From: an uncultured bacterium
GTDB lineage: Bacteria; Omnitrophota; Omnitrophia; Omnitrophales; Aquincolibacteriaceae
Assembly (NCBI GenBank): GCA_964385615.1
Contig: CAYLPP010000005.1
Coordinates: 26,130-90,129 of the forward strand
Length of the DNA stretch: 64,000 bases
Direction of reading: 5' to 3'
Positions 54,449 through 62,697 of this stretch are shown piece by piece; position 1 is the first letter of the stretch; the number at the start of each line of letters is the position of its first letter. The position numbers and the translations under genes are program-made. The notes beneath the pieces were generated by a model, which was not told where the DNA came from, did not search any database, and saw only the letters and a list, made by a program, of their open reading frames with translations.

Positions 54449-56882
54449 AAGACCTCTGGATATTTTATTGAGTTTGTTTTTAATTGTTCTTGTCGCGCCT
54501 CTTTTTCTGCTGATTTCCATCCTGATCCGTCTGGATTCCCCGGGGCCGGTTATTTTTAAACAGAAAAGAACCGGTTTGAACGGAACGGAATTTACCCTGT
54601 TTAAATTCCGCACAATGATTGAAGACGCTCCAAGCATGGGGCCGGTGATTACCGCTAAAAATGATCCGCGCGTGACCCAAATCGGCCGTGTTCTCCGCTG
54701 GACCAAACTGGATGAACTGCCTCAGCTGCTCAATGTGCTCAAAGGCGATATGAGCATGGTCGGCCCCAGGCCTGAAGTTCCCCAAATGACGGCGCTTTAT
54801 AAAGGCGAACAGACGAAAGTATTTTCCGTCCGGCCCGGCATTATGGGATCAAGTCAAATTAACAACCGTGATGAAGAGCAGATGCTGATAGAAGGGGATC
54901 AGGTTGAGGATTTTTACGTGCAGAAAATTCTGCCGGATAAAATTAAAAACGATCTGACCTATATTCATAATCCCGACCCTTTCAAGGATCTTAAGATTCT
55001 TTTTGGCGGAGGAGTCACGCTTTTATTCAGCTCGCTTAAACTTCCTTATATCTTCGAGAGTAAACGCCGGGTTCTTTTCCTCCTTTTCGACCTGCTGATT
55101 TCCGGCCTGTCTTTCTGGTTCGGTTTTCTTCTGCGTTTTGAAGGCCGGGTTCCGCACGCCGATGCCGTCATTTTTCAAACCCTTCTTCCCCTGATGCTGA
55201 TTGTGCGCGCTCCGTGTTTTATTTCATTCGGGCTTTATCAAACGCTTTGGCAGTATCTGGGCATTCAGGAATTGCTTTCGATTATCCGGGCCGTTATCGT
55301 CGGGTCTTTTATTTTTCCGGTTATTCCGTTTTTGTTCCAGATGGATTTCCCGCCGCGGTCGGTTTTAATCACCGACGGACTGCTTTTGATTACCTGTCTG
55401 GGCGGTTCGCGCGTTATTTTCAAGTTAACCGCTGAAAGATTGAGGCGCCCGATTCTAGGCTCCAAGAAAAACGCTTTGATTATTGGAGCGGAAGACACCG
55501 GGGAATTTCTGGTGCGTGAATTTATTAAAAACCCGGCGGCCGGTTACCGGCCTGTCGCGTTTCTGGACAATGATGCCGGTAAACTGGGAGTCCGGATTCA
55601 CGGCGTGAAAGTCATGGGAAAAATTTCCCAGCTCAGCCAGGTGGTGCGGGTCCGTAAAGTTGACGAAGTGATTATCGCGCTTTCCCAGGCTTCGGCGAAT
55701 GAAATCCGGGAAATTGTTAAGACCTGCGGAGAGCTGAAACTTCCTTCTCGAATCGTACCGCCGGCTTCGGCGCTTCTCTCACCGCAGATTTTGCCCTTGA
55801 GGCTCCGGCCGGTTGATGTTTCGGATCTTTTGGGCCGTGAATTGGTGCAGGCGGATCTTCCCGGAATTCAGAATCTCCTGAGGGGGAAGAAAGTCCTGGT
55901 CACAGGCGCGGGCGGTTCTATCGGCTCTGAGTTGAGCAAAATTATTTTTCAAAATCATCCCGAAGAGTTGATCTTGGTCGACAACTCCGAAAGCAGTTTG
56001 TATGACATTGAAATGGAGCTCAAGGCGAAACCGCTGGGCACGAATATCGTGACTTATCTGGCCAGCGTGGCTGACGGCGAAACGTTGGAAAAAATTTTCA
56101 AACGCCATAAACCGCAGATTGTTTATCACGCCGCGGCTTACAAGCATGTGCCCCTTATGGAAATTCATTTTGCGCAGGCGGTGAAGAACAATATTTGGGG
56201 GACGAAGATTGTCGCGGATCTGGCCAAGAAAAACGGGGCTGAAAGCTTTGTGCTGATTTCAACGGATAAAGCGATTAATCCGACAAGCATTATGGGCGCC
56301 ACCAAAAGAGTCTGCGAGATTTACGCCCAAAGTTTAAAGGGCGGAAAAACCCGCTTTCTCGCGGTGCGGTTCGGCAACGTTTTCAACAGCAAAGGCAGTG
56401 TGGTTCCTCTGTTTAGAAAGCAGATTGAAATGGGCGGGCCGGTCACGGTGACGGACCCCGAAGTCACGCGTTATTTCATGGATGTTTCCGAGGCTGTTTT
56501 TTTAATTCTGCAAGCCACGATTTTAGGATCCGATTCTGAAATTTTTGTTCTGGAAATGGGTCAACCGGTCAAAATTGCCGATCTCGCGCGGGATTTGATC
56601 CGTTTAATGGGGGTGCCTTCAGACCGGATGCCTGTCAGATTTACGGGTTTAAGGCCGGGTGAAAAACTTCATGAAGAACTGCAGTTGGGAAGTGAAACGG
56701 CCAGCGCGACCTCGCATCCCAAAATTAAAATCTGGAAACCCGGAAAAAATCAGGGTATTGATATTCATTCGGGAATCGAACATTTGCTCAAGCTTGTGGA
56801 GCAAGGCGCTTCCCGCGACGCGGTTATTCAGGAGTTCAAAAAGATAGTGCCTGAATACGCGCCTTGGAACCCTCAGATTTAA
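54441..56882 (+). CDS. Fusion protein: PglC-like monotopic phosphoglycosyltransferase (Bac_transf) + PglF/WbpM/CapD-like UDP-HexNAc 4,6-dehydratase
   Basis: N-terminal LDILLSLFLIVLVAPLFLLI re-entrant helix, DELPQL, and GDMSMVGPRPE PGT motifs. Then four TM helices and a CapD-type SDR domain (VLVTGAGGSIGSEL … YHAAAYKHV … STDKAINP). Start ATG 54441 (MLKRPLD). Confidence 0.8.
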   Translation: MLKRPLDILLSLFLIVLVAPLFLLISILIRLDSPGPVIFKQKRTGLNGTEFTLFKFRTMIEDAPSMGPVITAKNDPRVTQIGRVLRWTKLDELPQLLNVLKGDMSMVGPRPEVPQMTALYKGEQTKVFSVRPGIMGSSQINNRDEEQMLIEGDQVEDFYVQKILPDKIKNDLTYIHNPDPFKDLKILFGGGVTLLFSSLKLPYIFESKRRVLFLLFDLLISGLSFWFGFLLRFEGRVPHADAVIFQTLLPLMLIVRAPCFISFGLYQTLWQYLGIQELLSIIRAVIVGSFIFPVIPFLFQMDFPPRSVLITDGLLLITCLGGSRVIFKLTAERLRRPILGSKKNALIIGAEDTGEFLVREFIKNPAAGYRPVAFLDNDAGKLGVRIHGVKVMGKISQLSQVVRVRKVDEVIIALSQASANEIREIVKTCGELKLPSRIVPPASALLSPQILPLRLRPVDVSDLLGRELVQADLPGIQNLLRGKKVLVTGAGGSIGSELSKIIFQNHPEELILVDNSESSLYDIEMELKAKPLGTNIVTYLASVADGETLEKIFKRHKPQIVYHAAAYKHVPLMEIHFAQAVKNNIWGTKIVADLAKKNGAESFVLISTDKAINPTSIMGATKRVCEIYAQSLKGGKTRFLAVRFGNVFNSKGSVVPLFRKQIEMGGPVTVTDPEVTRYFMDVSEAVFLILQATILGSDSEIFVLEMGQPVKIADLARDLIRLMGVPSDRMPVRFTGLRPGEKLHEELQLGSETASATSHPKIKIWKPGKNQGIDIHSGIEHLLKLVEQGASRDAVIQEFKKIVPEYAPWNPQI

Positions 56883-57765
56883 TCCCCGCGAAAACTTCTC
56901 CGCCGTCTTTTTCAAAAAAACCTTTCGCGACGTAGCCCAGCGCGATATTTTTTCCGGTTTCCTCCGAATAGCACGCGCTTGTAATCCTGCCGATATTTTT
57001 TTCTTCCGCGCTTAAAATTTCTTCCCCGTTTTTCGGTAAATTTTTTCCGTTTAGAATCAGACGCACCATTTTTTTCTGAAGGCCTTTGTAGGTTTTGGTG
57101 CGCGCCACGACTTCCTGTCCCGGGTAACACCCCTTGGTTTCGCTTGCCGAGATTTCATCCAGTCCGGTTTCCGAAAGCGAAACCGTTTCATCCATATCAA
57201 TTCCGTAACGCAGCCAGCCCCATTCGATTCTCGCGATTTCCAGGGCTTCCGGCCCCGCGTTAACCGCGCCTGCGCAAATCAGGGCTTCTTTGACCGCGCG
57301 GGCTTCTGATTTCGGCATTATCGAATGAAAAGCTTTCGGGCCGGTCATACCCCGAAGCATGGAAAAAAAAGGAAATTTCAAATCTGCCGGAATAACCGCT
57401 TTGGGGCCTTCAACAGCCAGGTGCGCGGTTTCGGCGGTGATGTCTTTGAGAACCGCGTCTTCCGTGATTAAAAATTTATCCAGCAGAGGGAGCAGTTTTT
57501 TTTCAAGACCGGGTTCGGTGTCCAGAACCAGCTGGTTTTCAAAAACGAAAACGTTCATGTCGGCCAGCACTTTTCCGGGCGCGGAAAGAAGAGCCGCGTA
57601 AGTGCTCTGACCGGGTTGCAGGTTTTTAATGTCCTGCGTCAGAATATTATGCAGAAAAGAAACACGGTCACTGCCCGAAACCTCGATTTTCCCGCGGGCG
57701 GATAAATCCAGCAGTCCGGCGCTTTTCTTAAGAGCCGTGTATTCTGAGTCAGAAGCCGGAGTCAT
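56836..57765 (-). CDS. Folate-binding protein YgfZ / aminomethyltransferase (GcvT) family
   Basis: GLLDLSARGKIEVSGSDRVSFLHNILTQDI N-terminal GcvT-like motif. 309 aa. Confidence 0.7.
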   Translation of the reverse strand: MTPASDSEYTALKKSAGLLDLSARGKIEVSGSDRVSFLHNILTQDIKNLQPGQSTYAALLSAPGKVLADMNVFVFENQLVLDTEPGLEKKLLPLLDKFLITEDAVLKDITAETAHLAVEGPKAVIPADLKFPFFSMLRGMTGPKAFHSIMPKSEARAVKEALICAGAVNAGPEALEIARIEWGWLRYGIDMDETVSLSETGLDEISASETKGCYPGQEVVARTKTYKGLQKKMVRLILNGKNLPKNGEEILSAEEKNIGRITSACYSEETGKNIALGYVAKGFFEKDGGEVFAGIKSEGSKARIQALSF

Positions 57766-58777
57766 TGAGAACCGCCTTTGCGATTTTTTTGTGAGGGGAG
57801 GGAAAAGCCACTTGCTCCAGGTCTTTGACTTTGACCCATTTTGAGTTTGGTCCGGCCAAATTCAGAGCGGTTCCGGCCTCATAAACATCCAGCTGAACTT
57901 TATACTTCGTGAAGCCGTGAAACAAAGTCAGCTTACGGGCCGGTGTTGAATTTAATTTAAACCGGGTCAGCACGGCTTCAGCGTTCGCGCCGTGAGGAAA
58001 CATCCAGAGACCGCCCCATCTGGCTTCGGAAGGCTGTTTTTCGATTAAAACTTTTTCGTTATTTCTAAGTACCAGCGCGGCGCTTGAAATTTTTTCCAGT
58101 TTTTCCCGGTTTGTTTTAAAAGGAAGAACAGACCAGCTTTTTTTCCTGTAAGCCGCGCAGATTTTCAAAGCCGGGCATTTTCCGCAATTAGGGCTTTGGG
58201 GCGAGCAAACGGTCGCGCCTAATTCCATCATGGCCTGATTAAAATCTCCGGTATTTTTTTCCGGCAAAACGGATTCGGAGATTTTCCACAGCTTTTCAAT
58301 CGTTTTGGGTTTTGTGATGTCGTCTCCGATGCCGAAAATACGCGTCAGGATGCGGATGACATTGCCGTCCAGAATCGGCTGCTTCAGTCCGAACGCGATA
58401 CTCGAAATGGCTCCGGCGGTGTAGCGCCCAATCCCCGGCAGTTCCAGAATTTTTTCCGGCTCTGAGGGAAATTTCCCCCCGTTATTTTCCAGAATCAGCC
58501 GGGAGGCTTTATGAATCATTCTCGCCCGGCGGTAGTAGCCCAGCCCCGCCCAGTGCTTCATGACTTCAGCTTCCGGCGCTTTAGCCAGCGAAGAAATGTC
58601 AGGAAAGCGTTTCAGCCATTTTTCATAATAAGGAATAACTGTCTGCACCTGGGTCTGCTGAAGCATGATTTCAGAAATCCAGATTTTGTAGGGATCGGAA
58701 GTTTCGCGCCAGGGCAGGCTGCGGGCGTTTTTGCGGTACCAGGGAAGAAGCAGGCGGTGCAAAGCGGGCTGAGGCAT
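57749..58777 (-). CDS. mutY: A/G-specific adenine DNA glycosylase
   Basis: LLPWYRKNARSLPWRETSDPYKIWISEIMLQQTQV HhH-GPD N-terminus, Fe-S Cys cluster (CSPQSPNCGKCPALKICAAY) and NUDIX-like C-terminal domain. Confidence 0.85.
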   Translation of the reverse strand: MPQPALHRLLLPWYRKNARSLPWRETSDPYKIWISEIMLQQTQVQTVIPYYEKWLKRFPDISSLAKAPEAEVMKHWAGLGYYRRARMIHKASRLILENNGGKFPSEPEKILELPGIGRYTAGAISSIAFGLKQPILDGNVIRILTRIFGIGDDITKPKTIEKLWKISESVLPEKNTGDFNQAMMELGATVCSPQSPNCGKCPALKICAAYRKKSWSVLPFKTNREKLEKISSAALVLRNNEKVLIEKQPSEARWGGLWMFPHGANAEAVLTRFKLNSTPARKLTLFHGFTKYKVQLDVYEAGTALNLAGPNSKWVKVKDLEQVAFPSPHKKIAKAVLNDSGF

Positions 58778-58841
58778 GGCGTATCATATAAAAATAAAGG
58801 AGACGGCACAAGACAGTGTGTACGCTCCCGGCGAGTTGCGG

Positions 58842-58847
58842 TATAAT
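58842..58847 (+). promoter_or_regulatory. Perfect TATAAT -10 hexamer 8 nt upstream of the thyA ATG (near-leaderless transcript predicted)
   Basis: TATAAT at 58842-58847; thyA ATG at 58856. No convincing -35 element. Confidence 0.3.
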
Positions 58848-58855
58848 TCACCGCT

Positions 58856-59650
58856 ATGAAAGTTTATCTCGAGTTGCTCCGTCACATCCTCGAAAAAGGC
58901 GCGAAGAAGGACGACCGCACCGGCACCGGAACCATCAGCACCTTCGGGTACCAGATGCGCTTTGATCTTCAGGCCGGTTTCCCGCTGGTCACGACCAAAA
59001 AAGTTCATACCAAGTCGATCATCCACGAACTCCTCTGGTTTCTGAAAGGGGAGACCAATATTCAGTATTTAAAAGAAAACGGTGTTTCCATCTGGAATGA
59101 ATGGGCGGATGAAAACGGCGACCTGGGCCCGGTTTACGGCAAGCAGTGGCGTTCCTGGCAGGGGCCCGACGGTAAAGTGGTGGATCAGATTTCAAACGCG
59201 GTCGAAACGCTGAAAAAAAATCCCGACAGCCGGCGCATCATTGTCAGCGCCTGGAATCCGGCCGAAATTGACAAAATGGCCCTGGCGCCCTGTCATTGCT
59301 TGTTTCAGTTTTACGCGAGTGAGGGAAAGCTTTCCTGCCAACTCTATCAAAGAAGCGCGGATGTTTTTCTGGGAGTTCCTTTTAATATCGCGTCTTACGC
59401 CCTTTTGACTTTAATGATGGCTCAGGTGACCGGACTGAAGCCCGGCGAATTTGTGCACACCTTCGGCGATGTTCATATTTATTCGAATCATCTGGAACAG
59501 GTGAAACTCCAGCTGTCGCGCGAACCCAAAGCCCTCCCTCAAATTAAAATCAATCCTTCAGTTAAAAGTATTTTTGATTTTAAATATGAGGATTTTGAAT
59601 TGACCGGATACGACCCCCATCCGGCTATCAAAGCGCCTGTCGCCGTATGA
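58856..59650 (+). CDS. thyA: Thymidylate synthase
   Basis: [19 protein letters not shown], and CHCLFQFY carries the catalytic Cys. 264 aa. Confidence 0.95.
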   Translation: MKVYLELLRHILEKGAKKDDRTGTGTISTFGYQMRFDLQAGFPLVTTKKVHTKSIIHELLWFLKGETNIQYLKENGVSIWNEWADENGDLGPVYGKQWRSWQGPDGKVVDQISNAVETLKKNPDSRRIIVSAWNPAEIDKMALAPCHCLFQFYASEGKLSCQLYQRSADVFLGVPFNIASYALLTLMMAQVTGLKPGEFVHTFGDVHIYSNHLEQVKLQLSREPKALPQIKINPSVKSIFDFKYEDFELTGYDPHPAIKAPVAV

Positions 59651-60192
59651 AGCTTTACCACGTTGTCGCTGCCGCGGGTAAAAAGCACGTGATCGGCAAA
59701 GACAATAAACTTCCCTGGCATTTCCCCGAAGATCTGAAATTTTTTAAAAATATAACAACTAATCAAGGTGTCGGCGGGATTGTTATTATGGGGAGAAAAA
59801 CTTTTGAGAGTATTATCAATCGATTAGGAAAACCATTACCGAATCGAGAAATGATTTATCTGACAAGAAAAAACAAAGCCAACGTTCCTCTTGAGATTTT
59901 AACCAATAAAAATATTCGCCCTTGTAGTTCTATGGCGGATGTCAGGAGAGAGCTCAAGGAAGATCCTTTTTTCAATCGACACGATAGAGCCTTCATTATC
60001 GGTGGTGCTGACCTTTACAAGCAAACTATTAATGATGTGGATGGAATTTACATGACTCAAATTTACGCTGACTACGAAGGCGACGCTTTTTACCCTGAAA
60101 TCCCGGAGGATTTTGAGGAGATTGAAGTTGTGGGGCTTCGCGAAAAAGATCCCAAAATTCAGGCGGTTTATTATGAGCGTAAAGAATCCTGA
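59647..60192 (+). CDS. folA: Dihydrofolate reductase
   Basis: [38 protein letters not shown] overlap with thyA. Confidence 0.9.
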   Translation: MKLYHVVAAAGKKHVIGKDNKLPWHFPEDLKFFKNITTNQGVGGIVIMGRKTFESIINRLGKPLPNREMIYLTRKNKANVPLEILTNKNIRPCSSMADVRRELKEDPFFNRHDRAFIIGGADLYKQTINDVDGIYMTQIYADYEGDAFYPEIPEDFEEIEVVGLREKDPKIQAVYYERKES

Positions 60193-60826
60193 GCGTCTTT
60201 ATCTCCGGCAAATCGAAGCCGGACCGATGGAGAATTTTGTTTACCTCATCGGCGACCGTGAGAAAAACGAATGTGTGATGATCGATCCCGCCTGGGAAGT
60301 TGACCGCATTTTAAAAATCGCGGCCGAAGACGGTATGAAAGTCACAGCCGGGCTGGCGACGCATTATCATCATGATCACACGAACGGGATCGCGGATTTG
60401 GCTTCGCGCGCGGGTTGCCCGGTTTATGTGCATAAAGATGACGCGCCGTACCTGAAAAATTTTAAAAGCGCTCTTAAAAGCGTGGATGCCGGCGATAAAC
60501 TTGAAATTGGCGATCTTACGGTTACGTTTATTCATACTCCCGGCCACACACCCGGCTCTCAGTGTTTTTTGATCAATAACCGGCTTGTTTCCGGCGATAC
60601 GCTTTTTATCAATGCCTGCGGGCGGTGCGACCTGCCGGGCGGTAACGCGGAGCAAATGTATGAAAGCCTCCAGAAATTGGGCAAGCTGGAGGACTCCACC
60701 ATTCTTCTCCCGGGCCATAACTACGCGGAAGTCACCACTTCCACTATTGGGCGGGAAAAGCAGAACAACCCCTACTACCAGGCCCATTCGCTCCGTGATT
60801 TTTTAACCCACCGTATGGGCTATTAA
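60173..60826 (+). CDS. MBL-fold metallo-hydrolase (glyoxalase II-like)
   Basis: HYHHDHTNG (HxHxDH) and TPGHTPG motifs. Start taken at ATG 60173 ([10 protein letters not shown]), a 20-nt overlap with folA. Confidence 0.75.
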   Translation: MSVKNPERLYLRQIEAGPMENFVYLIGDREKNECVMIDPAWEVDRILKIAAEDGMKVTAGLATHYHHDHTNGIADLASRAGCPVYVHKDDAPYLKNFKSALKSVDAGDKLEIGDLTVTFIHTPGHTPGSQCFLINNRLVSGDTLFINACGRCDLPGGNAEQMYESLQKLGKLEDSTILLPGHNYAEVTTSTIGREKQNNPYYQAHSLRDFLTHRMGY

Positions 60827-60870
60827 AACCTTTTAATACGCATAAATTTTTAGCAATCCCCCTGTGAATT

Positions 60871-60879
60871 TGATATAAT
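60871..60879 (+). promoter_or_regulatory. Extended -10 promoter (TGaTATAAT) upstream of the TPR gene
   Basis: TGATATAAT at 60871-60879, 16 nt before ATG 60895, implying a very short leader. Confidence 0.35.
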
Positions 60880-60894
60880 TCGCTTTCTCTAAAA

Positions 60895-61383
60895 ATGAGC
60901 GACGACAGTTACGATCAGGAAGAAGCCCTCAAGCTTTTTCAGGACGCCTATCAGAAGCAAACAGAGGGCAGTCTCGACGAAGCGATTCAGTTGTATCATC
61001 GTTCGATCGGGCTTTGCCCCACGGCTGAAGCGCACACTTTTTTGGGATGGGCGTTGAGTTTGAAAGGTCTTTTTGACGACGCGATTGAAGAATGCCGTAA
61101 GGCCATCGAAATCGACCCTGATTTTGGAAATCCTTATAATGACATCGGCGCCTACCTGATTGAAAAAGGGAAGCACGATGAAGCGGTGGAATGGCTTGAA
61201 AAAGCCGTTTCCGCGAAACGTTACGACAGTTATTTTTACCCGCACTATAATCTGGGCCGTGTGTGGGAGAAAAAAGGGGATTGGAGCCGGGCAGTGAACA
61301 GCTACCGCAACGCTCTGATCAGCAATCCCGATTACACCCTGGCCCAAAAAGCTTTGAACCGGCTTCAAGCCATGATGAATTAA
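60895..61383 (+). CDS. Tetratricopeptide-repeat protein
   Basis: Three to four TPR-like 34-aa repeats (AIQLYHRSIGLCP, AIEECRKAIEIDPDF, AVNSYRNALISNPDY). Confidence 0.7.
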   Translation: MSDDSYDQEEALKLFQDAYQKQTEGSLDEAIQLYHRSIGLCPTAEAHTFLGWALSLKGLFDDAIEECRKAIEIDPDFGNPYNDIGAYLIEKGKHDEAVEWLEKAVSAKRYDSYFYPHYNLGRVWEKKGDWSRAVNSYRNALISNPDYTLAQKALNRLQAMMN

Positions 61384-61390
61384 GGAAAGC

Positions 61391-61747
61391 ATGCTGCACA
61401 GTCATTTCGGAATTCTGGCCATGTTTATTTTCGCGGCGGGCGTCGCTTCGCTGTTTATTATTCTTTCCCAGGCGCTGGGCCCCAAAAAACCCAATCCGGC
61501 CAAAAACCAGCCCTTCGAGTGCGGGAAACTTCCTTTTGAAACCGCTTCCGGCCGTCATTCCGTGAAATTCTATCTGGCCGGCATGCTCTTTGTGCTTTTC
61601 GATATTGAAATGATTTTCTTCTTTCCCTGGGCCGTGCTTTACCGTAAGCTCGGCTTTTTTGGATTTGGTGAAATGATGGTTTTTATGGGCCTTTTGTTCC
61701 TGGGTTTTATCTATGCCTGGAAAAAAGGCGCCCTGGAGTGGAAATAA
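61391..61747 (+). CDS. nuoA: NADH-quinone oxidoreductase subunit A
   Basis: Three TM helices with a PFECG motif. First gene of the nuo order. Confidence 0.85.
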   Translation: MLHSHFGILAMFIFAAGVASLFIILSQALGPKKPNPAKNQPFECGKLPFETASGRHSVKFYLAGMLFVLFDIEMIFFFPWAVLYRKLGFFGFGEMMVFMGLLFLGFIYAWKKGALEWK

Positions 61748-61748
61748 A

Positions 61749-62213
61749 ATGACTGAAGCCCTGGCCTCTTCCGGTTTTACCTCAAAGCTTAATGACATGA
61801 TCGGCTGGGCCCGCAAGTTTTCTATTTTTCAATATCCCTTTGTTACAGCCTGTTGCGGTATGGAATACATGGCCACGGCCTGTTCCCACTATGACGTGGA
61901 CCGCTTCGGCGCCGGTCTTCCGCGTTTTTCTCCGCGCCAGTCGGATGTGCTTTTTGTGGTCGGCACGATTTCCCATAAAATGGCTCCGGTTCTGAAACAA
62001 ATTTATGATCAGATGGCCGATCCCAAGTGGGTTGTGGCTTTCGGCGTTTGCACCTGCACGGGCGGTTTTTATGACAATTACGCGACCGTCCAGGGGATTG
62101 ATACGATTATTCCGGTGGATGTTTACATTCCCGGCTGTCCTCCGCGCCCTGAAAACGTGCTCGACGGGCTGATTAAACTGCAGGAAAAAATTCAGGCTCA
62201 GAAACAGGAATAA
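61749..62213 (+). CDS. nuoB: NADH-quinone oxidoreductase subunit B
   Basis: CCGMEY … GCPPRPE Fe-S cluster N2 ligands. The start is taken at ATG 61749, as the track ORF from 61713 overlaps nuoA. Confidence 0.9.
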   Translation: MTEALASSGFTSKLNDMIGWARKFSIFQYPFVTACCGMEYMATACSHYDVDRFGAGLPRFSPRQSDVLFVVGTISHKMAPVLKQIYDQMADPKWVVAFGVCTCTGGFYDNYATVQGIDTIIPVDVYIPGCPPRPENVLDGLIKLQEKIQAQKQE

Positions 62214-62214
62214 A

Positions 62215-62697
62215 ATGAACGGTCTTCACGAAAAAATTCAAGCCAAGTTCGGCGATAAGGTGACGGAGATTCACAATCAGCACGGCGATGAAACCGTGGT
62301 TGTGAAGCGCGAAGCCTTGATTGAAATCGCGGCCTTCCTGAAAGAGAACCGTGATTTCGATATGAATGTGCTCATGGATTTAACCGCGGTTGACGGCCTC
62401 TGGATGAAGTGGTATCCCCGGTTTGAAATGGTTTATCATTTTTACTCGCTGGCTCACAATCACCGCCTGCGCGTTAAAGTCAAAGTGGATGAAAAAGACC
62501 TGAATGTACCCACGCTTACCCAGCTCTGGCCCATCGCGGATTGGTTCGAGCGCGAAGTTTGGGATATGTTCGGCATTAAATTTCAGGGGCATCCGAATCT
62601 TAAACGCATTCTCATGTACGAAGAATTTGTCGGGCATCCGCTTCGCAAGGATTATCCGATTACCAAAAGACAGCCTTTAATAGGCCCCAGGAACTAA
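62215..62697 (+). CDS. nuoC: NADH-quinone oxidoreductase subunit C (30 kDa)
   Basis: The ERE.WDMFGI motif is typical of the 30-kDa subunit. Confidence 0.85.
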   Translation: MNGLHEKIQAKFGDKVTEIHNQHGDETVVVKREALIEIAAFLKENRDFDMNVLMDLTAVDGLWMKWYPRFEMVYHFYSLAHNHRLRVKVKVDEKDLNVPTLTQLWPIADWFEREVWDMFGIKFQGHPNLKRILMYEEFVGHPLRKDYPITKRQPLIGPRN

